Origin: Candidatus Eiseniibacteriota bacterium
Lineage (GTDB): Bacteria; Eisenbacteria; RBG-16-71-46
Assembly: GCA_963776245.1 (NCBI GenBank)
Contig: CAVZLN010000006.1
Span: 544,001 to 608,000, forward strand
DNA: 64,000 bases
Reading direction: 5' to 3'
The position numbers were made by a program, and so were the translations under genes. The stretch's first letter is position 1. Each line of letters begins with the position of its first letter. Below, piece after piece: positions 57,781-64,000 of this stretch. The notes under the pieces were generated by a model. The model saw only the letters and a program-made list of their open reading frames with translations. It searched no databases and was not told where the DNA came from.

Positions 57781-60700
57781 TTGACCATCGCCCACCACCC
57801 ACAGCTGCGCGTCACCCGTGGCCCGCCGGGCGAAGCGCGCCTGCGGCCGATCGGTCTCGACTCCAGTCCACTCCACGGTGAGCTCCTCGGCGTCGAGCGC
57901 CTCGAGGAGCGCGCCCGGGCGTTGGCCGCGGAGTTCACGCTCTCGCGCGACCCGCGGCGCGGACCTCCCCGGTTGCTGCGCCGCCTGTCCGACGACGCGC
58001 GCGTGCTCCGTCTCGCGTACAGCACGCTCGCGGGGGACGTGAGACGCGGCGAAGCCAGCACGCCGGCCGCCGAGTGGTTGCTCGACAACTTCCACCTGGT
58101 GGAAGGCGAGTTGCGCGAGATCCGCCACAGCCTGCCGACCCGCTTCTACCTCGAGCTGCCCAAGCTGGCCACCCGCGGGCTGGCGGGCGCGGCACGCGTG
58201 TACGCGATGGCCGTCGAGTTGCTCCGCTACAGCGATGCGCGACTCGACGCCCAGCGGCTCGACCGGTTCATGAACGCCTACCAGAGCGTCGCCCCGCTCA
58301 CCATCGGCGAGCTGTGGGCGTGGCCGAGCATGCTCAAGCTCGCCCTCATCGAGCACCTGCGCCGGCTCTCCGAGGAACTGCTCGAGGGCCGCGCCGGTCG
58401 CCATGAGGCCGACCGTTGCTTCGCCGCCTTCGAGACCTCGCGGCCGAGCGGGCGCCCGCCGCCGCTTCCCGCGGTCCTCCACGTCGCGTTCGTGGACCAG
58501 CTGCTGCAGCGCATGCGCGAATACGGCGCCGGCGCCGCCGAACTGCGCAAGCGGCTGGAGGAACGCCTGGATGCCGCGGGCGCCACGGTCGAAGACGCGG
58601 TGCGCGCGGAGCACCAGCGGCTGGCCATGAACCACCTCTCGATGGGCAACTCCATCACCAGCCTGCGGCTGTGCTCCAGCCTCGACTGGAGCGAGTACGT
58701 CGAGGGCGTGAGCCTGATCGAGCAGATCCTGCGGCGTGATCCGCCCGGCCTCTACGCGCACATGGATTTCGCGAGCCGCGATCGTTACCGCCACGCGGTC
58801 GAGGAGCTGGCGGAGCCGAGCGGCGAGGCCCAGGTGCGAGTCGCCCTGCGCGCGGTCGCGAGCGCGCGCCAGGCAGCGGAGACGCCGGGCGTCGACCCGC
58901 GCGCGGCACACGTGGGCTACCACCTGATCGGAGGCGGCCGCCGCGGACTCGAGGGCGACGTGGCTCATCACCCGCCGCTCCGACAACGCCTGCAGCGCTT
59001 GATCTTCGAGTACGCCACCCCGCTCTACCTCGGCTCGATCGCCCTGCTCACGGGGCTCGGCGTGGCGACCGCTGTGGCGGCGGCACGGGTGGGGCCGGTG
59101 CCGAACTCGATGTGGACGTGGGTGGGGTTGGTGGCGCTGATCCCGGCCAGCGAGTTCGCGGTGGCGCTCATGCACCGCGTGGTCCACCGGCTGGTGGGGC
59201 CGGTGCTGATGCCGCGGCTCGACCTGCGCGGCGGCGTCCCCGAGCCGGCCCGCACCATGGTGATCGTGCCGACCCTGATCTCCTCGGTCGAAGGGGTGCG
59301 GGCGCTGGTGGAGCGCCTCGAGGTCCACGCCCTCGGCAATCGGGACCCGCACATCCACTTCGCGCTGCTCACCGACTTCCCGGACGCCGCGACCGAGCAC
59401 CTCGCCGGCGAGGACGAGGTGCTCGCGGCGGCGGTCGCGGGGATCGAGGCGCTCAACACGCGCTACGCCCCCGACACGGCCGACCGCTTCTACCTGTTCC
59501 ACCGCGCCCGCCGCTGGAACGCCCACGAGGGCGTGTGGATGGGCTGGGAGCGCAAGCGGGGCAAGATCGAGGAGTTCAATCGGCTGCTGCGCGGCGCCAC
59601 CGACACCAGCTTCTCGGTGCAGCTGGGCGAGCCCGGGGTCCTGTCGCGTATCCGCTACTGCATCACGCTCGACAGCGACACCCGCCTGCCACGCGACGCG
59701 GCGCGCCAGCTGATCGGCGTGATCGAGCATCCGCTCAATCGCCCGCGGTTCGACCCCCGGCTGAGGCGCGTCGTCGAGGGCTACGGGATCCTCCAGCCGC
59801 GCGTCAACGTCACGATGTCGAGCGCCGCCGGCTCGTTGTTCGCGCGTGCTTACGCCGGCCACACCGGGGTCGATCCCTATACCACCGCGGTGTCCGACAC
59901 CTATCAGGACCTGTTCGGGGAGGGCAGCTTCACCGGCAAGGGGCTGTACGACGTGGAGACCTTCGCCGCCGCGCTCGAGGGCCGGGTGGCGGAGAATGCG
60001 GTGCTCTCGCACGACCTGTTCGAGGGCCTGTTCGCGCGTTGCGCGCTGGTGTCGGATGTCGAGGTGGTGGACGACTTCCCCTCGAGCGTGCTCGCCCACG
60101 CGCGGCGCCAGCACCGCTGGGTGCGCGGCGACTGGCAGATCCTGTTCGGTCTGCTGCCGGTGGTGCCGACGCGGCACGGCCTGGAGCGCAACCGGCTGCC
60201 GCTCATCAGCCGCTGGAAGATCCTCGACAACCTGCGCCGCAGCCTGGTGGAACCGGCCCTGGTGACCATGCTGGCCTCGGCGTGGACGTGGCTCCCGGGC
60301 TCGCCGCTCGGCTGGACGGTGGCCGCGCTGGCGGTGCTCGGCTTCCCACTGCTCCCGCCGGTGGTGCACTTCGTCGGCGGCCCGCGCCCGCAGCAGCCGT
60401 TCGGCGTGTTCCTGCACGACGTGTGGGCGGAACTCAAGGCCGCCGGCGCGCAGGTGCTGCTCCAGATCACGCTGCTCGCCAGCCACGCCTACGAGATGCT
60501 GCACGCCATCGTGCTGACGCTGGTCCGCTTGGTGATCACGCAGCGCCGGCTGCTCGAGTGGGAGACCGCGGCGGCGACGGCGGCGCGCGCGGCCGGGCTG
60601 CTCGCGAGCCAGGGCCCGCGGGTGTTCGTCACGGAGATGTGGGCGGGCCCGGCGGCCGCGCTGCTGGTGCTGCTCGGGGTGCTCCCGCTGCGCGCCAGCG

Positions 60701-63700
60701 CGCTGCCGCTGGCGCTGCCGTTCCTGGCCGCGTGGCTGGCCTCGCCGCTGGTCGCGTGGTGGCTGAGCCGGCCGGTGGTCCCGCGGCGCCTGGCACTGAG
60801 TCCGGAGGACGCGGCCCAGCTGCGCCGCGTCGCGCGCTGCACCTGGCACTACTTCGAGCGGTTCGTCACCGCGCAGGATCACGGGCTCCCCCCCGACAAC
60901 GTGCAGGAGCTTCCAGAGCTGCGCGTCGCGCGCCGCACCTCGCCCACCAACATCGGCATGGGGCTGCTCTCCACGCTCGCCGCGCACGACCTCGGCTACC
61001 TCGGCACGGATCGGCTCGCGGAACGGATCGAGGACACGCTCACCACCGTCGAGGCGCTCGAGCGCCACGAAGGACACCTGCTCAACTGGTACGACACCGA
61101 GACCCTCGCCCCGCTGGTCCCGCGCTACGTCTCGACCGTGGACAGCGGCAATCTGGCCGGCTCGCTGATGGCCCTCGCGGCCGGGCTCCGCGAGCTGGCC
61201 GAGCGGGCGGAGGACGGGGATGCGGCGTGTGCGGGCGCGCTCGACACCGCCGGCGTGCTCGCCGAAGCGCTGACCGCGCTCGAGCGCCGGGCGCACGCGG
61301 CCACGCCGCTGCGCCCCTGCTGCGCCAACGCGCAGCGGGAGCTCGCCGCGCTGCGCTCCACCCTCGAGGCCGGCGAGTCGGCGAGCCCGCGACCCGCGAT
61401 CGCCGCGCGCGTCGCCGACCTGCGCGCCGCGCTCGCCCAGGTCGCGACCATGGCGCCCGCGGGCCCCGAGGCCGAGGCGGTCGCCACCTGGGGCGCCCTG
61501 CTCGAGGACGCGCTCGTCCGGTGGCCCGGGCGCGCCGCCCGGCCCGACGCGCTGCGCGGCCGGCTGCTCGACCTCGCCCGCCGCTCCGATGCGGTCGCCG
61601 ACGCCATGGACTGGAAGTTCCTCTTCGATCGCGTGCGCGGCGTGTTCTCGATCGGCTTCCGGCTCGCCGATGCCGACGGGCCCGGGCATCTCGATGCCTC
61701 GTACTACGACCTGCTGGCGTCGGAGGCCCGGCTCGCGAGCTTCATCGCCATCGCCCGCGGCGAAGTGCCGCAGGAGCACTGGTTCCGGCTCTCGCGCGCG
61801 CTGGTGAGTGTCGAAGGGTGCACCACGCTGGTGTCGTGGAGCGGCTCGATGTTCGAGTACCTGATGCCGCTGCTCATGCTGCGCAGCCATCCCGAGACTC
61901 TGCTCGAGACCACCAGCCGCGCGGTGGTGCGCGCGCAGATCCAGTACGGCCAGCGCCACCACGTGCCGTGGGGCATCTCGGAGTCCGCCTTCGACGTGAT
62001 GGACCCGCGCGGCAACTACCAGTACAAGGCGTTCGGCGTCCCCGGTCTGGGGCTCAAGCGCGGGCTGGCCGAGGACCTGGTGGTCGCCCCCTACGCCACT
62101 GCCCTGGCGGCGCTGGTGGATCCCACCGCCGCGGCCGCGAACTTCCGCCGGCTGGCCCGCGAGGGCGCCGCCGGCCGGTACGGATTCGACGAGGCGCTCG
62201 ACTACACCACCCGCAAGATCCCCGCGCCCGACGAGGCGCCAGCGCCGGTCCAGGCCCGCGTCCATCGCGTCCGGGCCTGCTTCGCGCACCATCAGGGCAT
62301 GAGCCTGATCGCGCTGACCAACGCGGTGCTCGGCGCCCCGACGGTGCGCCGCTTCCATGCGGATCCCCGCGTGCAGGCCACCGAGCCGCTGCTGCAGGAG
62401 CGGGTGCCGCGCTACGTGCCCGTCATCCGCCCCCGCCCCGCCGAGTCCACCCGCGCCGAGTCGCTGGCGCCCGCCACCTCGCCGCGGCGGTTCCGCTCAC
62501 CGCACACGCTCTACCCGAGCGCCCACTTCATGTCGAATGGCCAATACATCGCGGTCGTCACCAACGCCGGTGGCGGGACCAGCACGTGGCGCGGAAGCTC
62601 GGTCACGCGGCAGCGGGACGACCCCACCTGCGATCCGGGCAGCCAGTCCATCTACCTGCGCGACGTGCGCAGCGGGCTGCTGTGGTCGGCCGCCCACCAG
62701 CCGGTGTGCCGCGAGCCGGAGCGCTACCGCGTGACCTTCCGCGCCGACGAAGCCCTGTTCGAGCGGACCGACGACGGTATCGAGACCCGCCTCGAGATCA
62801 TGGTCTCCCCCGAGGACGACGTCGAAGTGCGCCGGGTCACGCTCGCCAATCACACCGACCAGTTGCGGGAGATCGAGGTGACCAGCCTGGTCGAGATCGT
62901 GCTCGCCCCGCACGCCGACGACCTCGCCAACCCGACCTTCCTCAAGCTGTTCCTCGAGACCGAGTACCGTCCCGAGTGCACGGCCCTGCTGTGCGGCCGC
63001 CGTCCGCGCTCGCCCGACGACCTCACGCCGTGGGCGGTGCACGTGCTGAGCGCCGAGGACGGGGTCCATGGCGCCATCGAATGGGAGACCGACCGTGCGC
63101 GGTTCCTCGGCCGAGGCCGCACCCCGGAGGCCCCGATCGCCCTCGATGGCCGGGCGCTCTCGGGCACCACGGGAGCCGTGCTCGATCCGGTCATGAGCCT
63201 GCGCCGACGCGTGCGCATCGCCCCCGGCGGCCAGGTGCGCCTCGCGTTCGCGACCGGGGTGACCACCAGCCGCGCCGCGGCGATCGCATTGGCAGAGAAG
63301 TACGACGATCCCGCATCGGCGGCCCGCACCTTCGCGCTCGCCGCCACCCAGACCCAGATGCGGCTGCGTCACCTCGGGATCTCGGCCGACGAAGCGCAGC
63401 TCTATGAGCGGCTCGCCTCGCACGTGCTGTGGACCGACGCCGCGCTGCGCGCCGCCCCCGCGTCCCTCGAGGGCAACACCCTCGGCCAGTCCGGCCTGTG
63501 GTCGCACGGGGTCTCCGGGGACCTGCCGATGCTGGTGGTGCGCGTGGTCGAGGATGACGATCTGTCGCTGGTGCGCCAGGTGCTGCGCGCGCAGGAATAC
63601 TGGCGGCTGAAGGGCCTCAGCGCCGATGTCGTCATCCTCAACGAGTATCGGGCGAGCTACCTCGACCAGATGCACGAGCAGCTCGAAGGGCTGCTCGAGA

Positions 63701-64000
63701 AGGGTCCATGGGCGGCGTGGAAGCAGCGCCCCGGGGGCGTGTTCCTGGTGCGCGGCGATGGCATGCCCGAGGCCGAGCGCAACGTGCTGCTGGCCGCGGC
63801 GCGGGCGGTGCTGAATGGCGATCTCGCCAACCAGCTGGGCCTGCCGCAGGCGGAGCCCTCGTGGCCGGCCACGATGGCGACGCCCGCACGCGCGGCGGCG
63901 CCGCACGCCGGCGGCCCCGAGCCGGAGGTCGAGATCCCGCTGCTCACCCATGCGAACGGGATCGGCGGGTTCACCGCCGACGGGCACGAGTACGCGATCG
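57781..64000 (+). CDS. ndvB: Cyclic beta-1,2-glucan synthase-like protein (Cgs/NdvB/ChvB), 3'-partial; not in the ORF track
   Basis: Frame-1 reading from TTG 57781 (RBS GGAAGG): EWLLDNF, MGWERKRGK, ITLDSDT, GKGLYDV, SHDLFEG, RQHRWVRGDWQ, RTSPTNIG, YDLLASEARL, SWSGSMFEYLMP, PWGISES, HHQGM, then GH94-type N-terminal domains. Confidence 0.9.
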   Translation, partial: MTIAHHPQLRVTRGPPGEARLRPIGLDSSPLHGELLGVERLEERARALAAEFTLSRDPRRGPPRLLRRLSDDARVLRLAYSTLAGDVRRGEASTPAAEWLLDNFHLVEGELREIRHSLPTRFYLELPKLATRGLAGAARVYAMAVELLRYSDARLDAQRLDRFMNAYQSVAPLTIGELWAWPSMLKLALIEHLRRLSEELLEGRAGRHEADRCFAAFETSRPSGRPPPLPAVLHVAFVDQLLQRMREYGAGAAELRKRLEERLDAAGATVEDAVRAEHQRLAMNHLSMGNSITSLRLCSSLDWSEYVEGVSLIEQILRRDPPGLYAHMDFASRDRYRHAVEELAEPSGEAQVRVALRAVASARQAAETPGVDPRAAHVGYHLIGGGRRGLEGDVAHHPPLRQRLQRLIFEYATPLYLGSIALLTGLGVATAVAAARVGPVPNSMWTWVGLVALIPASEFAVALMHRVVHRLVGPVLMPRLDLRGGVPEPARTMVIVPTLISSVEGVRALVERLEVHALGNRDPHIHFALLTDFPDAATEHLAGEDEVLAAAVAGIEALNTRYAPDTADRFYLFHRARRWNAHEGVWMGWERKRGKIEEFNRLLRGATDTSFSVQLGEPGVLSRIRYCITLDSDTRLPRDAARQLIGVIEHPLNRPRFDPRLRRVVEGYGILQPRVNVTMSSAAGSLFARAYAGHTGVDPYTTAVSDTYQDLFGEGSFTGKGLYDVETFAAALEGRVAENAVLSHDLFEGLFARCALVSDVEVVDDFPSSVLAHARRQHRWVRGDWQILFGLLPVVPTRHGLERNRLPLISRWKILDNLRRSLVEPALVTMLASAWTWLPGSPLGWTVAALAVLGFPLLPPVVHFVGGPRPQQPFGVFLHDVWAELKAAGAQVLLQITLLASHAYEMLHAIVLTLVRLVITQRRLLEWETAAATAARAAGLLASQGPRVFVTEMWAGPAAALLVLLGVLPLRASALPLALPFLAAWLASPLVAWWLSRPVVPRRLALSPEDAAQLRRVARCTWHYFERFVTAQDHGLPPDNVQELPELRVARRTSPTNIGMGLLSTLAAHDLGYLGTDRLAERIEDTLTTVEALERHEGHLLNWYDTETLAPLVPRYVSTVDSGNLAGSLMALAAGLRELAERAEDGDAACAGALDTAGVLAEALTALERRAHAATPLRPCCANAQRELAALRSTLEAGESASPRPAIAARVADLRAALAQVATMAPAGPEAEAVATWGALLEDALVRWPGRAARPDALRGRLLDLARRSDAVADAMDWKFLFDRVRGVFSIGFRLADADGPGHLDASYYDLLASEARLASFIAIARGEVPQEHWFRLSRALVSVEGCTTLVSWSGSMFEYLMPLLMLRSHPETLLETTSRAVVRAQIQYGQRHHVPWGISESAFDVMDPRGNYQYKAFGVPGLGLKRGLAEDLVVAPYATALAALVDPTAAAANFRRLAREGAAGRYGFDEALDYTTRKIPAPDEAPAPVQARVHRVRACFAHHQGMSLIALTNAVLGAPTVRRFHADPRVQATEPLLQERVPRYVPVIRPRPAESTRAESLAPATSPRRFRSPHTLYPSAHFMSNGQYIAVVTNAGGGTSTWRGSSVTRQRDDPTCDPGSQSIYLRDVRSGLLWSAAHQPVCREPERYRVTFRADEALFERTDDGIETRLEIMVSPEDDVEVRRVTLANHTDQLREIEVTSLVEIVLAPHADDLANPTFLKLFLETEYRPECTALLCGRRPRSPDDLTPWAVHVLSAEDGVHGAIEWETDRARFLGRGRTPEAPIALDGRALSGTTGAVLDPVMSLRRRVRIAPGGQVRLAFATGVTTSRAAAIALAEKYDDPASAARTFALAATQTQMRLRHLGISADEAQLYERLASHVLWTDAALRAAPASLEGNTLGQSGLWSHGVSGDLPMLVVRVVEDDDLSLVRQVLRAQEYWRLKGLSADVVILNEYRASYLDQMHEQLEGLLEKGPWAAWKQRPGGVFLVRGDGMPEAERNVLLAAARAVLNGDLANQLGLPQAEPSWPATMATPARAAAPHAGGPEPEVEIPLLTHANGIGGFTADGHEYAI

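Noticed and set aside
57709..63407. Very long ORFs 57709-62358 (-) and 59112-63407 (+)
   Set aside because: Arg/Ala/Gly-rich shadows of the glucan synthase frame; stops are rare in alternative frames at this GC content.

Overview
Gene-dense 64 kb window from a very GC-rich diderm bacterium. The many secreted proteins with FlgD-Ig/T9SS-like C-terminal domains plus a PorV-like barrel suggest an FCB-associated lineage such as Ca. Eisenbacteria (inference, not verified). Contents in order: the end of a 2-oxoacid dehydrogenase E1-alpha, crcB and DUF190; a minus-strand operon FN3 protein / FN3+CTD protein / PorV-LysM; a divergent type IV pilus operon (pilT-B-C-A, minor pilins, pilM-N-O-P-Q, pilD); fabH; an RND pump; a CTD-tagged multicopper oxidase; yebC; an archaeal-type HMG-CoA synthase/thiolase/DUF35 triad; a PP2C / Ser-Thr kinase / secreted-protein cluster; glycosyltransferases; uup; an outer-membrane barrel; yaeQ; topoisomerase IB; an HNH nuclease; a second divergent FabH; and the 5' part of a cyclic beta-1,2-glucan synthase. 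Several genes carry single-base frameshifts that look like consensus errors. The most novel candidate is the FN3 operon. Its subunits lack the first beta-strand at the mature N-terminus, and one carries a spare first strand at its C-terminus. This suggests a donor-strand-polymerised fibre anchored through a CTD subunit and a peptidoglycan-tethered PorV-like barrel. I saw no rRNA, tRNA, CRISPR array or transposase. All family assignments come from reading motifs, not from database searches.
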